Notes: generated by a model not told the origin, from the letters alone. A stretch of 64,000 bases of DNA from an uncultured Chloroflexia bacterium (GCA_963774265.1 CAVZDU010000005.1:480001-544000), one strand, 5' to 3'. Positions 13,130-25,078 are shown, counted from the first letter of the stretch. Made by a program: numbers and translations.

Positions 13130-15650
13130 CTAGCGCACCTGGCGGCGGAAAACGAGGGGACTGCGGCCGGCTTCCTGGTGGAAGACCCGGCTGAAGTAGG
13201 CGCTATCGTCGTAACCAACCCGATTCCCGATCTCAGTGATAGTGAGATTCGTGAAGCGCAGCAGGGTCTTGGCTTGCTCGATGCGGAAGCGGGTCAAATA
13301 CTCCCAGGGTGCGATGCCCAGATCGCGGCGGAAGATGCGCGTGAGGTAGCTCTCGCTGGCTGCGACTTGCGCCGCAATCTGGCCGCGCGAACAGATCTGT
13401 GTCCGCGTAATTTTCGCGAAGACAAAGCACGGTTTCGCGGGTCAGGTTGTTGCACTGCGGGGGCAGGTTAGTTTCGCTGGGCAATGTGCTCGCAGGCGCA
13501 TCAGGACGGAACCTCGGCCGGCTCTCTGGCTCTGGAAACGGCAGATAGACATGGAATGTGGTGCCCGCACCGGGCAAGCTGGTGAAGGTGATGGCGCCAT
13601 CGTGCAGCTTGACGAGCTCGTGCGTCACGCGCAGCCCTAACCCCAGCCCTTCAGGCGCCCGCCGCGGGCTTTCGGCAGTGATAAAGGAGCGAAAGATGTG
13701 CTTCTGCCGCTCCAGTGAGATACCTGAGCCCGTATCATCGACCCACAGGTGCAGGTGTGTGGCAGTGGGCAGAGCGCCCAAGGTGATGTTGCCGACCTCG
13801 GTGAACTTGTGTGCATTGCTCAGCAGGTTGAACACGATCTGGCGGAGCCGAACCGGGTCAGCCAGGACCATGGGCAGAGACTCGGGCAACTCCAGCCGCC
13901 ACCTGACCTCGGGACGCGAAGGCAAACTGCCCATCATGGCCTGGAAGACCTCTTCCAGAAACGCGTTGGTTGCAATCTGCTCGGGGAAGATGTCCAGGTC
14001 GCTGATCTCCGCACGAGACAGATCCAGGAGATCGTTGATGAGCCAGCCCAGGTGCTCGCTGCTACGATAGATATGCCGCAGGTCGCGCGATAGCTCGGCC
14101 GGCAGATCGATCCCGTATGGGTTGGGCGTGGCCAGGGCAGATTGGCTATACCCCTGGATGATGTTGAGTGGCTGGCGCAGCTCGTGGCTGACATTGGCCA
14201 GCAGGCGCGCTTTAAGCTCGCTGGCGCGGCCGGCTTGAGCCTGGGCCGCCAGCGCCTCGCCATATAACTCGGCATTGCGTATCGCGATGCCCAACTGGCT
14301 GCCCAGGACCTGTAGGCCCACCAAATCCAGGTGGCTGTGCTGCGTGGTGCGAGCACTTTGCAGGTCCAGCACCCCCAGCACTTGCTGCCCGAATCGAATC
14401 GGCACGATGACGCGCGAGCGGCAGTCAGGCGCACGTGGGTCCAGCGAGAAGCGCTCGCTGCGTTGCATGTCGGGGACGAAGGTGGGCTGGTTGCGCTGCA
14501 GTGTGTCGCCCAACAATCCCGATTCGGTCAGCGGGATGGGGGCCAGGCTGCCCGCGCTTACCCCCAGTTCCGGAACCAGCGCCTGGTCGGCCTCCGACCA
14601 TAAGAAAATCTGCACCCGGTCATAATCGTAGCTGATGCGAATGGTCTCTGCGATCTCGCGACTCAGTTGCTGGCGATCCAGGATCGTGCCGACGCGTTGG
14701 CCGATCGCAAGGGTGGTCTCGAGCTGCCGCAGCCGCTGCACCTCCTGCTCCCGACTGAAACCCACCAGCCGGCTGGGAATGGTGGCGGAAGTGACGAGCT
14801 TTTCCGCCGCAATTACCGCGACGTTCTCTCGAGTCACGAGCCGTGGCTTGTAGCTGAAATGGGGCGGCAACGGTTCGCCGCGCGCTGCCTGACATGCGAG
14901 ATCCATCATCTGGCGGCCGAGCTCCGCGGCGGGTGTCTCGACCGTGGCGGCCATCGTGCCCTCGATAATCGCGGCCAGCGCCAGCGGGTCGCCGTTGATG
15001 CCGACAACCAGCGTCGCGTCCGTGGCCAAGCCCGCGACCCTAGCGGCATCCCGGCCGGCCAGTGCCAGCGAGTCGGAGAGACCGAAGAGGCCGTCAAACG
15101 GCGTCGTGCAGTCGCATAACGTCTCGCTCAGCTTACTGTAGGCCGGGCCATAGGTCCAAGGCGCCGGCCTATGGGTCAGGCTGATGCCGGGGAAGCGGCA
15201 AAGCACATCGTGGCACGCTGCCAGACGGCTGGCGCCCTTCTCGAAGCCTTCGTGCAGGCCGCCGACCAGCAGGACGCAACCCTGACCATTCAGCCTCTCG
15301 GCCAGGTAGGACGCGCCGATGGCGGCCGCCTCGTAGAGGCCGTACGGCGAAGTTGCGCGGGGATGAGACAGGTCGATTTCTGTAGCGGTGATGAGCGGCA
15401 CGCCTGCATCGAGGATGAGGTTCGCCAGCGCGATGTCCACCCCGCTGACGATCAGCGCATCCAGGTTCTGCGCCAGGCATTCCTCCAGGATGCTCACACG
15501 TTCTTCTGGCGCAAGAGGTGTGAGATCCCATTCCAAAGGGATCAGCGCGATGTTGAGTTGACCCGCGCGGTGATAGATCGCCTCACGTACAAGGACCCAG
15601 AACGGGTCACCGGTCGCAAACTGTAAGCCGATGCGGATTGCTTGAGTCAT
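13130..15650 (-). CDS. cytoplasmic hybrid regulator: LacI-type sugar-binding + GAF + histidine kinase + AraC HTH (frameshift ~13395)
   Basis: SHELRQPL H-box, NLLSNAHKF, DTGSGI, GLGLGL; shifted frame gives AraC tail YLTRIFRRDLG...VGYDDSAYFSRVF; no TM segments. Confidence 0.85.
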
Positions 15651-15998
15651 GGCATTTCTAACGATGGCTAGCTTCCCAAGGTTATTCAGCCTGGAATCGA
15701 TCGTTGGCTACGCTTATGCGCGTTGCGCACCCCGTGCCTTGGGGTATGACGATGCTGGTACAGGTCTTTGGTGTCGTTTGGCTCGGCGTACTGAACACCG
15801 CATTGTCCAAGTATATCAGAAGGTTGTGGGTTGGCCAACACAGGGCAACGAAGGGGATGCACAATCCTGCCACAGTATCGCTTCGTTCTGAACCAGGGTT
15901 TCGTGGTATGGTGGCGCATCTGACAGACTGCCACGCGACCCATGGGAGAAGCATTATTGCGAACGCATATAATCAGCTGCGCGACGCTTGGGGACGAG

Positions 15999-16199
15999 AT
16001 GAAGCGCGTCGCGGATTTCTTCGGCATGGCGTTCGAGGAAATCGAGGGGTCAGACGTGTTCTTGCGCAAGCTGGTGGAGGGAGACTGGGACCAGCCAGCG
16101 GCCCACGCGAACGGCGATTTCGTCGTCATAGAGCCGGGGCAGACGGTGGAGTACACCGCTTTCAGCGCCAGCGGATCGGGAATGCCCACCACGGCATAA
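15999..16199 (+). pseudogene. C-terminal remnant of DUF1638-like protein
   Basis: FEEIEGSDVFLRKLVEGDWD...FVVIEPGQ resembles the DUF1638 C-terminus; N-terminal part absent. Confidence 0.45.
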
Positions 16200-16233
16200 G
16201 AACCTCCGTGGTGGGCGCCGACGCATTTTCGCC

Positions 16234-18800
16234 TCATTCGTACCGCAACGCCTTGATAATCTCCATCTGCGCGGCGCGGCGCGCGGGGTATAGCGCGGCC
16301 AGAACGCCGAAGATCAGCCCGGCCGCGGTGGCCGCGAGGAGGCTGGCCAGGGGGAACGTGTATTCCATCTTGAAGACCCCGCTGGCGCTCAGGCCGGCGA
16401 CCATCACGTAGCCGAGATACAGCCCGCCCAGGAGGCCGAAGGCCGTGCCGATCGCGGCCAGCAGCAGCGCCTCGGCGACGATCATCCGACGCACCTGGCC
16501 GCGCGCCGCACCGATCGCGCGCAGCATGCCGATCTCGCGCGTGCGTTCGATGACGCCGATGGCCAGCGTGTTGAGGATCGCGATCAGCGACGGCACCGAG
16601 AGCACGGCCAGCAGGACGTACACCCCCGCAAACATCGCATCGAACTGCTTGCTGAACTCGGCCAGGTATTCGCGCGTCGAGACCAAACGGAACTGCGGAT
16701 AGTCCTCCACGATCGGCTTCAGCCGCTCTTCCACCGCGGCCGGGTCCGCGCCCTGCGCCAGGTTGACCTGCACGAAGATGTCCTCGGTCTTGTTGAAGTC
16801 CTCGCGCATCATGGCCTGCGAGATGTAGGCCGTGTTGATCTTCATGTTCAGCACGTCGCCGCCCACCGCGACGATGCGATAATCCATCTGGCCCTGGGGC
16901 GTGGACAGCGCCACCGTGTCGCCGATCTTGAGGCCCGCCTGGGCCGCCAGGATGCCGTTGACGATGATGTTCCGCCCCTCACCCAGGCGGCGTAGGCGCC
17001 GTCAGGGTCGCCCTCGGTGAAATCCATCCCCGAGACCTCGCGATAGGTCGGGGGATCGATGCCCAGCACCGAGATTTCCACGTCCCCGGTCCCGCGCGCG
17101 GCGCTGGACGGGAACTCGGACCTGGCATAGCGCAAGGAGGTGACCGTGCCGACGCCCGGCACCGAGCGGATCTTGTCGGCCAGGATCGCGGTCGCGCCGA
17201 CGTCGCCCTTCCAGACGGCAACCGAGGGCGGGACGAGCATGTAGTCGCTGCCCATCGACTTCTGGAACATCCCGATCACGCTGCCCTGGAGGCTCCACAT
17301 CAGGCCGCCCACGCCGACGACAATGGCCAGGCCGATCATGGTCGCGCTGGCCGTGATGGCCGAGCGCGACGGCTGGCGCGTGATGTTGCCCTGCGCCAGC
17401 TCGCCCGTGCCCTCGCGGGCAATGCCAGCGACACCAGCCCGCTAAGCAGCCGGGCGATCGGCTTGACGAGCACAGGCGCGAGGAGCACCAGGCCCAGGAG
17501 GAAGAGCAGCCCACCGAGCGCGACCAACGCAAAGATGCCCGACAAAAGCCCGGCGATGGCCAGGACGATCATGACCGCGCCCACGATCGTGATGCCCCGG
17601 CCGATGCGCTGCGATTTGTCGCCTGCCATCGGCCGCAGCACTTCCATCGGCGTCACGCGGCTGGCGCTCAGGGCGGGGAGCAGCCCGGCCAGCAGTGTCA
17701 CGCCGACGCCCAGCACGACGGAGGTGATGACCAGGCCGGCGAGATGACCGGCGGCCCAGGAGTGACGCTGAGGAATTGCCGGTAGATGGTTTGGGTGCCG
17801 TTGGAAATGACCACGCCCAGGAGATAACCCAGCACCAGGCCCAGCGCCGTGCCGACGAGCCCCTGCACCAGGCCCTCGCTCAGGATCAGGCCAACGATCG
17901 TGCCCCGGCTCGCGCCGATCGCGCGCAGCATGCCGATGTCGTGACGCCGCTCGGCGACGATGGTGCGGAAGGTGTTGAAGATGATGAACGCGCCCATGAA
18001 CAGCGTCAGGAAGCCGAGGATGTTGAAGGCGGCCTGCGCCATGCCGATGCTCGCGAAGATCTCGGAGCCGCTGCCGAGCGCGTTGATGCTGTAGGTCTTG
18101 CCCAGCTGCGCCTGGATTTGGTCGATGATCGCCTGCCGCTGCGCTTCGTCCGTGGTGTTCAGGTTGGCTTCGATGACGTTGAGCCGCCCCTGCATGTCGA
18201 GCAGTTTCTGCGCCTGCGCCAGCGTGATGAACACCTCTTCGCCGGCCATGGGCCGGCCCGGCAGCAGGCCGACGATCTCAAGCTTGACGACGCCCTCGGT
18301 GGTCGGGACACGCAGCGTGTCGCCCAGCTTCAACTCCAACTGATCGGCCAGGCTCGTCCGGATCACCGCCACATTGCCGTCGCCCGGCTTCAGGAAACGC
18401 CCCTCCTTTGGGGTGTAGTCGTGCAGCAAAGGTCCGGCGACCGGGTCGACGCCGGTCAGCGTGAGGCTCGTGACGGTCGAGCCCCGGCCGTAGAAGTTGG
18501 GCGGCAGGTTCATCGGCCGCGAGATCGAGCCGGCGATGGCTGCCACCCCGTCGACGTTCCGACTTTGTCCAGCGTGCTCGCGGCGAAAGCCTCGCCGGTC
18601 TTGTGGGTGATGGTCACGTCCGTCTGGCCCGAGACCGCGAGGAGGCTCTGCTGGAATGCCTGCATCATCGTCGGCAGCACGGTGCCCATGCCGAAGATCA
18701 TCATCACGCCGATGACGATGGCCAGGGTCGTCAGGAAAGAGCGCAGCTTGCGGCCCCACAGATAGCGGGCGGCGAGCGATAGTTGGAATCTCATGGGCAC
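16234..18800 (-). CDS. FtsX/MacB-like ABC exporter permease (multiple frameshifts)
   Basis: two ERxxxIGMLRAIGA FtsX motifs, RSFLTTLAIVIGV N-terminus; split over about five ORFs. Confidence 0.85.
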
Positions 18801-18802
18801 TC

Positions 18803-20098
18803 CTACTTGGACTCGATGGTAACTTTGGCCGTCATGTTCCAGCGCAGCCGCGGGTCCTGGCGGTCAAGGATGACGCTGACGGTGTAGACGATGTCGCCCT
18901 GCTTGCTCTCGCCGTACGGCTCGACCATGCCCACGCGGCCCGGCAACTCCAGCCCAGGGATCGCCTCGAACGCGACAGTGACCGGTGACTCCTCGCTGAT
19001 CTCCGCTACATTCAACTCGGTCAGGTCGGTGGTTTCGACCTGCCAGGCCGACGTATCGGCCAGCAGCAGGACTGCAGCGCCCGGCGCGGCATATTCGCCT
19101 GGATGGATATCGAGCTTCATCACAGCGCCTGCGAACGGCGCAGCCAACGTGGCGTTCTTGAGCTGGCTGGCAGCCAGGTCGCGGCCAGCTTGGGCTGCCT
19201 TGAGGCTAGCCTCCAACACCGCGCGGTCATCCGCCGGCTGCTCAAGCTGCGCCAGTTGGGCCTTGGCGTTCTCAACCGCAGCCAGCGCTGCCTGGATCTG
19301 AGCCGAGCGAGGCGTCAGGCGATCGAGGCTGGCTTGCGCCGCTTGCACCTCCGCCTGGGCCGCGGACAACTCGGCCGGGGTCGGATGACCGGCTGCGGCC
19401 TGGTACGCGGCGATGGCCGCGTTGTAGTTGTTCGTCGCCTGCTGGAGCGCCAAGCTTTGCGGGAGCATGGCTAGGTTTGCGTTGGCTTTGACCTGATCGT
19501 AGGCTGCCTGCGCTTGCTCCAGGCTGGCCCTGGCGTTGGCTACCTGCGCGCTCAGTTGCGCCAAATCATCGGCAGACGGTCCCGCGGCCACGCGCACAGA
19601 ATTCTGCTGTGCAGCCGTCAGCGCCGCTCTTGCCGCGGCAAGGTCCGCCGCGCTGGGTCCCGCGGCCAGTTGGTCGTAGGCTGCCTGTGCCGAGGCCACG
19701 TTCTGCCTGGCTGCCGTCAAATCCTGCTCGGTTGGGCCGCGATCGAGCAGGTCCAGTCGAGCCTGGGCGCCGGCCAGGTTGGCTTCGGCCTGTGCAAGCT
19801 GTTGCTCGAGCACCCCGATGTCGAGCTGTGCCAGCACCTGGCCCGCGGCCACCTGCTCGCCAAGTGCAACTGGGACTTGAGACACAATGCCGCCGGTCGC
19901 AAAGCTAAGGGTTACGCTCTTGGCGGGGATCACTCGCCCCTCTGCGACAATACGGCTGGCGGGCTGTCCTCCGCCGGCGACCGTAATCGGTGCCGCGGTG
20001 GGCGTCGGTTTCACCGGTATCTCTGTCGAACGGCACCCGGCAAGAGCGAGGGCCAGCAATAAAATCACCCACAGGCTACGGATGGCGCCTTTGGTCAT
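18803..20098 (-). CDS. HlyD/membrane-fusion adaptor lipoprotein
   Basis: lipobox LAGC, lipoyl halves (GEQVAAGQVLAQLD; LAAPFAG), long coiled coil. Confidence 0.88.
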   Translation of the reverse strand: MTKGAIRSLWVILLLALALAGCRSTEIPVKPTPTAAPITVAGGGQPASRIVAEGRVIPAKSVTLSFATGGIVSQVPVALGEQVAAGQVLAQLDIGVLEQQLAQAEANLAGAQARLDLLDRGPTEQDLTAARQNVASAQAAYDQLAAGPSAADLAAARAALTAAQQNSVRVAAGPSADDLAQLSAQVANARASLEQAQAAYDQVKANANLAMLPQSLALQQATNNYNAAIAAYQAAAGHPTPAELSAAQAEVQAAQASLDRLTPRSAQIQAALAAVENAKAQLAQLEQPADDRAVLEASLKAAQAGRDLAASQLKNATLAAPFAGAVMKLDIHPGEYAAPGAAVLLLADTSAWQVETTDLTELNVAEISEESPVTVAFEAIPGLELPGRVGMVEPYGESKQGDIVYTVSVILDRQDPRLRWNMTAKVTIESK

Positions 20099-20110
20099 AT
20101 CCCACCCCCG

Positions 20111-20854
20111 TCACTGTAAGACGGCTTGCACCTGGCCGGCCACCGTTTCCCGCTCGCTCGCGGTGCTGGCTGCCAGGTCGGTCTCGCTCACAACTGTGCC
20201 GTCTTTCAGGAAGACGATGCGATCTGCGTAGGCGGCAATACGTGGGTCGTGCGTCACCATGAGCACGGCATGGCCCCACTCCTTCGCGACCTGATTCAGC
20301 AAGCCAGCGATCTCGTCCGCCGCGCGCGAATCCAGGTTCCCTGTCGGCTCATCGGCAAGGACCAGCATCGGGTCGGTGAGCAACGCGCGCGCGATCGCCA
20401 CGCGCTGCTGCTGCCCCGCGGACAGCTCGTCGGGCCGGTTGCTCAGCCGCGCGCCCAGGCCCACTCTCTCCAGCCACTCGGTTGCTCTCTCCTTGGCCTG
20501 CTTGCTGTTCTCGCCGTCCAGCAGCAGCGGCAGCGCGGCGTTGTCCACGGCGTCGAGGATCGGGATCAGGTTGAAAAACTGAAAGATGAAGCCGATCTTG
20601 CGGCGCCGGAGCTGCGACAGCGCGTTGTCGGACAGGCTCGATAGCGACTTACCGTCGATCATCACGCTGCCCTCCGTCGGCCGGTCGAGGCCGCCCAGGA
20701 GGTGCAGCAGCGTCGACTTGCCGCAGCCGCTGGGGCCCATCACCGCGACAAGCTCGCCCGCGTCCACGCTCATGTTTACGTGGTCGAGGGCGACGACCGC
20801 GGTTTCGCCTTTACCGTACACTTTGGTCAGGTTCTCGGTTCGAACGAGTGGCAT
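20111..20854 (-). CDS. ABC transporter ATP-binding protein (LolD/MacB-like)
   Basis: [34 protein letters not shown]. Confidence 0.95.
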   Translation of the reverse strand: MPLVRTENLTKVYGKGETAVVALDHVNMSVDAGELVAVMGPSGCGKSTLLHLLGGLDRPTEGSVMIDGKSLSSLSDNALSQLRRRKIGFIFQFFNLIPILDAVDNAALPLLLDGENSKQAKERATEWLERVGLGARLSNRPDELSAGQQQRVAIARALLTDPMLVLADEPTGNLDSRAADEIAGLLNQVAKEWGHAVLMVTHDPRIAAYADRIVFLKDGTVVSETDLAASTASERETVAGQVQAVLQ

Positions 20855-20869
20855 GGTTTCCTCCGGGTA

Positions 20870-21464
20870 CTAATGATTATCCGGCGTTCTTTTGGGACGT
20901 CCGCGCTGCCTGAGTTCGGGCTCAGGCAGCGGTTGGCGCTTGATTTCGTCTAGACGAGCCTCCGTCATGTCCAGCCAGCGGAGGTCCGCTTCCAGATGCA
21001 TGGCGGCTTTGTCGAGCAGCAGGATCTTGGCCAGCTCTTGACCGGCATCAGCACGCGTGCGCTGGCCCGTGATCGCATGGAGTTCCCGGTACAGGCACGT
21101 TCGTTGTGTGTGGATCAGCCGATAGGGATCGGCGGCCCCCGAGATCAGCGCGAGCATCAGCTTCATGAAGAATTCGTCGCGCTCGATGCTCCGGCAACAC
21201 GCCCTCTTCAAACCAGGCTCGCAGAGCCTGATGTCCCTCGGGTGTGATGGCGTAAATACGCTTTTCGGGCCCCCCGTCCTGCTCGATTGACTGCTCCGTG
21301 ACAAGGCCGCTTTTCTCCATGCGAGTCAATGTCGTGTAAACTTGCGCCGGCTTAACGTCCCAGTTCTCTGCGCCGCCCGCCACAGCCTCGAACGCCGCGC
21401 GCAGCTCGTACCCGTGACGCGGGCGCTGCGCCAGCAATCCGAGAACGGCATGGCGGACGGTCAA
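20870..21464 (-). CDS. PadR family transcriptional regulator (frameshift ~21190)
   Basis: LGLLAQRPRHGYEL, KRIYAITPEG; C-terminal RDEFFMKL...HLEADLRWLD in another frame. Confidence 0.85.
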
Positions 21465-21490
21465 CTGACACCTCTGATGAAGGTCAAAAT

Positions 21491-21552
21491 GTTACTACTC
21501 TACAAGTTACTAGATTCGGAGAAATAATACAACGAGTTACTAGATTTGTCAA
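21491..21552 (-). promoter_or_regulatory. sigma70-type promoter of padR operon with repeated AGTTACTAGATT boxes
   Basis: minus strand TTGACA-17 bp-TATTAT; AGTTACTAGATT at ~21505 and ~21535. Confidence 0.65.
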
Positions 21553-22045
21553 GAGGGAGCCGCAGGTGAACATCTACGCTGTCGCGACCATATTGGACAA
21601 AGCCCTGCGATGCGTAGAACGCCAGGGCATTTCTCCAATGCGGTTCTGTGAACACATGCAGGTCGAAGGCGCCGCGGCGTTGCGCGGCCGCCTTGCACGC
21701 GGCCACCAATGCCGATGCGATCCCACACCTTCTGTGCCCGGCGTCCACGGACATGCGGACGATGCGCGCCACGCCGGCTGACTCGAAGATCAGGCCGGCG
21801 GTGCCAACGATCCGGCCGTCGAGCTCCGCGATGAAGAACTCACTCCCGCGACGACTGAAGTGTGCGTCGATGTCGTCGAGGTCCGGGTTGGCTGTCTCGT
21901 CGATGAACCCAAAGTGCTCGCCGAGCCCGGTCAGTACGAGGGCCCGGGTCTCGGCCTGGTCGGCCGGTCGAAACGGCCGGATCAGGACGCCCTGCTGTTT
22001 TGTGATGTCGTCCTCTGTGTTCGTTGGGCAGTTATAGGCGTTCAC
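21500..22045 (-). CDS. GNAT family N-acetyltransferase
   Basis: RMSVDAGHRRCGIASALV, ALAFYASQGF. Confidence 0.85.
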   Translation of the reverse strand: MNAYNCPTNTEDDITKQQGVLIRPFRPADQAETRALVLTGLGEHFGFIDETANPDLDDIDAHFSRRGSEFFIAELDGRIVGTAGLIFESAGVARIVRMSVDAGHRRCGIASALVAACKAAAQRRGAFDLHVFTEPHWRNALAFYASQGFVQYGRDSVDVHLRLPLDKSSNSLYYFSESSNL

Positions 22046-22593
22046 GATAGGCCCCGTACGCGGTATTTATGCTGCACGAAGCCGAAATCATAGACTTGCG
22101 TGGCGATGTGGGTCAGGTGCATATCGGCAGGCAGCGGGCCGAACAGCGGCTTGCCCGCGCCTAGGAGAATGGGGAGGACGGTGACGGTGAGATCGTCGAT
22201 CAATCCCGCGGCCAGAAAGCTCTGGATCGTCCGGCCGCCGTCGATGTAGAGATGGCGCGCGCCGTCCGCAGAGAGCCTGGCGACGAGAACTGCCGGCGCC
22301 TCTTGAGAGATCGAGACGGTAGGGGGCGCTTTGCCCGGCAGCGAGCGGAGGGTGTGGCTCATAACAATCACCGGTGTGACGCCATAGGGCCACTCGTCGA
22401 ACGTCAGCACCTGCTCGAAGGTGTTGCGGCCCATGATGAGCGCGTCCACGGTCGCCATGAACTGGGCGAAGCCGAAGTCCTCACCGGGCGGTACGCCGGT
22501 ATTAGCCTGTTCCAGCCAGTCGATGGCCCCGTCGGAGCGCGCGATGAAGCCGTCGAGGCTGACGCCAACGAAGACGGAACATTTAGCGGTCAT
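22042..22593 (-). CDS. dihydrofolate reductase/RibD C-terminal family protein
   Basis: SLDGFIAR, MGRNTFE, IDGGRTIQSFL, PILLGAG. Confidence 0.88.
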   Translation of the reverse strand: MTAKCSVFVGVSLDGFIARSDGAIDWLEQANTGVPPGEDFGFAQFMATVDALIMGRNTFEQVLTFDEWPYGVTPVIVMSHTLRSLPGKAPPTVSISQEAPAVLVARLSADGARHLYIDGGRTIQSFLAAGLIDDLTVTVLPILLGAGKPLFGPLPADMHLTHIATQVYDFGFVQHKYRVRGLS

Positions 22594-22677
22594 TCTCAAG
22601 GTCCTCCCTTCTTCACAACTGCTTGTGATCCGTTTGAGCACCGATTATACTACAGGAACGAATCAGGAGACTTGAGC

Positions 22678-23055
22678 ATGACCGGCACAACCGAACTGGA
22701 GAACTTCCTCGCCGTCCATCCCGCGAACATCCGCGATCTCGCCTTGTACGGTCGCACGCTGATCCTTGACATCTTCCCCGACGCGGTCGAGATGCTGGAT
22801 GAGCCCGCGCGGCTGGTGGGATACGGGACCGATCGCACGTACAAAGGGCTGGTGTGCGGCCTCGCACTGCAACGCGCCTACGTCAATCTGATGTTTGCAC
22901 GCGGTGCGGAGCTGCCCGATCCTACGGGCCTGCTGCAGGGGACCGGCAAACGCGGACGGCACGTCAAGCTGCGCCGGCAGGAGGATGTCGACGATCCCGC
23001 GGTGGCCGCGCTGCTTCGCGCGGCGCTGGCGCTGCACAGGCAGGCGGAGGGGTGA
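22678..23055 (+). CDS. DUF1801 (YdhG-like) protein
   Basis: YVNLMFARGAELPDPTGLLQGTGKRGRHVK; SD AGGAG. Confidence 0.75.
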   Translation: MTGTTELENFLAVHPANIRDLALYGRTLILDIFPDAVEMLDEPARLVGYGTDRTYKGLVCGLALQRAYVNLMFARGAELPDPTGLLQGTGKRGRHVKLRRQEDVDDPAVAALLRAALALHRQAEG

Positions 23056-23693
23056 CCACGTGCGCCCACCCCTGGCCGTCGCTGGATGAAGTCACGCTCC
23101 GGGAGGCCGCTGCAGAGCTGGCCGGCCGCGATGGCCGGCTGGCGCGTATCTTCGACGCATATGGTCCGCCGCCTTTGTGGAGCCGTGAACCCGGCTTCCC
23201 CACCCTGCTCCGCATCATACTGGAACAGCAGGTGTCGCTGGCCTCGGCCAGGGCCGCGTACGACAAGCTACTTCTCATTGCGTCACCACTCACGCCAGAC
23301 CGATTTCTGGCGCTGGATGACGCGGCGCTCAAGGGGGCCGGCTTTAGCCGCCAGAAAGCGTGCTACGGTCGTGAGTTGGCAGCAGCGGTCAGGTCCGGCA
23401 GGCTCGATCTGGATCACCTGGGAATGCTGGACGATGATGCGGTGCGCCGCGAGTTGATGACCGTAAAGGGCATCGGTCGGTGGACTGCGGAAATCTATCT
23501 GCTAATGGCGCTGGGCCGGCCCGATGTGTGGCCGAGAGGCGATCTGGCGTTGGCGACCGCGGCCGGCCGCGCGCTTAACCTGGCGACTGCGCCAGGTTAC
23601 GAGCAGCTGGAGGCCCTGGCGGACGCGTGGCGGCCGTGGCGCGCGGTCGCCGCGCGGTTGCTGTGGCACTTCTATCTGAGCGAAAAGGCCTGA
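23052..23693 (+). CDS. DNA-3-methyladenine glycosylase II (AlkA/HhH-GPD family)
   Basis: ILEQQVS, HhH VKGIGRWTAE, PRGDLAL, WRPWR; GTGA overlap with the upstream gene. Confidence 0.88.
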   Translation: MTTCAHPWPSLDEVTLREAAAELAGRDGRLARIFDAYGPPPLWSREPGFPTLLRIILEQQVSLASARAAYDKLLLIASPLTPDRFLALDDAALKGAGFSRQKACYGRELAAAVRSGRLDLDHLGMLDDDAVRRELMTVKGIGRWTAEIYLLMALGRPDVWPRGDLALATAAGRALNLATAPGYEQLEALADAWRPWRAVAARLLWHFYLSEKA

Positions 23694-23923
23694 GACCTGT
23701 TGATCGGATCAGCCTGGACACTTGACCTGAACATTAGTTAATCATGTGCATGACGGATTTCACTTCGGTTTCATTTGGCCCCGTTACACTAACCAGACGA
23801 GGTAGACCAGGCACCTCCAACTCCATCACAACACGGAAGGCAAGTTGTCAGAAGCCTACCGTCTGTCTCAGGCAAATGCGCGACATACGTTTTGACTTGC
23901 GTGATTCGCAGCGGAAAGCGGCC

Positions 23924-25078
23924 ATGGCCTTCGACTTCGATCGTGTCATCGAACGCCGCACTACGGATAGCATCAAGTGGCGCCGGTATGGAGAGGCCAT
24001 TCCTATGTGGGTGGCTGACATGGATTTTGCAGCACCGGAAGCTGTGATTCAGGCGCTTCATGCCCGGGTGGATCATGGCGTATTCGGCTACCCAGACGAG
24101 CCACCTATGCTGCGCGAGACGATCTGCACGTGGTTGCAGCGGCGCTTCGGTTGGACCGTTTCTTCCGACGCGTTCGTTTTCGCATCCGGCGTGGTTTCAG
24201 CCTTCAATGTCGCGTGTCGCGCCTTCTGTGCGTCGGGCGACGGCGTGTTGGTGCAGGCGCCGGTGTATCCTCACATTCGCACTGCGCCGGCTAACTTCAA
24301 TCTGTCGTGCGACGAGATGGAGCTGACTCAGGATTCAAGCGGCCGCTATACGGTGGACTACAGCTGCATGGCGAACACCATAACGGACCGAACACGGCTC
24401 TTCCTGTTGTGCAATCCTCACAACCCGACAGGCCGCGCCTTCACTCGCGACGAGTTGATAGACATGGCCGACATCTGTCTGCGCCGGGGATTGACGATCT
24501 GCTCCGACGAGATTCACTGCGACTTGATCTTTGAGCCCCATCAGCACTTGCCGATCGCCAGCCTCGATGCGGAGATCGCACGCCACACCATCACGCTGAT
24601 GGCGCCGAGCAAGACATTCAACCTCCCGGGCCTGGGTTCTGCATTCGCGATTATCGAGGATCCCGACCTGCGGCAGCGATTCAGGATGGCCAGTCGCGAC
24701 ATCGTGCCCCACACAAACGTGTTAGGCTACACCGCCGCGCTGGCCGCCTACACCGAGGGCGAGCCGTGGCTGGAGGCGTGCATCGCTTACCTGCGCCAGA
24801 ACCGTGATACCCTGATGCAGTTCGTTGCAGAGCGGCTGTCTGGCGTTTTCATGGCCTTACCCGAGGCGACCTACCTCGCATGGCTGGACTTTCGGGCGGC
24901 AGGCCTGGGCGAAGATCCCCAGCAGTTCTTTCTCAAACATGCCGGAGTCGCTCTGAAGGAGGCTGCAGCATTTGGCCCGGGCAGCGAAGGGTTCGCGCGT
25001 CTCAACTTTGGCTGTCCCCGCAGCACACTTTTCGAAGCTCTGGAGCGGATGGAGTGCGCTCTGCGTGGCCGGCAGTGA
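23924..25078 (+). CDS. MalY/PatB family PLP-dependent C-S lyase
   Basis: PMWVADMDF, CNPHNPTGR, SDEIHCD, APSKTFNLPG, RLNFGC. Confidence 0.92.
   Translation: MAFDFDRVIERRTTDSIKWRRYGEAIPMWVADMDFAAPEAVIQALHARVDHGVFGYPDEPPMLRETICTWLQRRFGWTVSSDAFVFASGVVSAFNVACRAFCASGDGVLVQAPVYPHIRTAPANFNLSCDEMELTQDSSGRYTVDYSCMANTITDRTRLFLLCNPHNPTGRAFTRDELIDMADICLRRGLTICSDEIHCDLIFEPHQHLPIASLDAEIARHTITLMAPSKTFNLPGLGSAFAIIEDPDLRQRFRMASRDIVPHTNVLGYTAALAAYTEGEPWLEACIAYLRQNRDTLMQFVAERLSGVFMALPEATYLAWLDFRAAGLGEDPQQFFLKHAGVALKEAAAFGPGSEGFARLNFGCPRSTLFEALERMECALRGRQ

Noticed and set aside
23780-23890. Possible riboswitch upstream of malY (TCTCAGGCAAA resembles the glycine aptamer 3' end)
   Set aside because: The other conserved elements (GGAGA, CCGAAG) and pairing could not be found; needs an Rfam scan.
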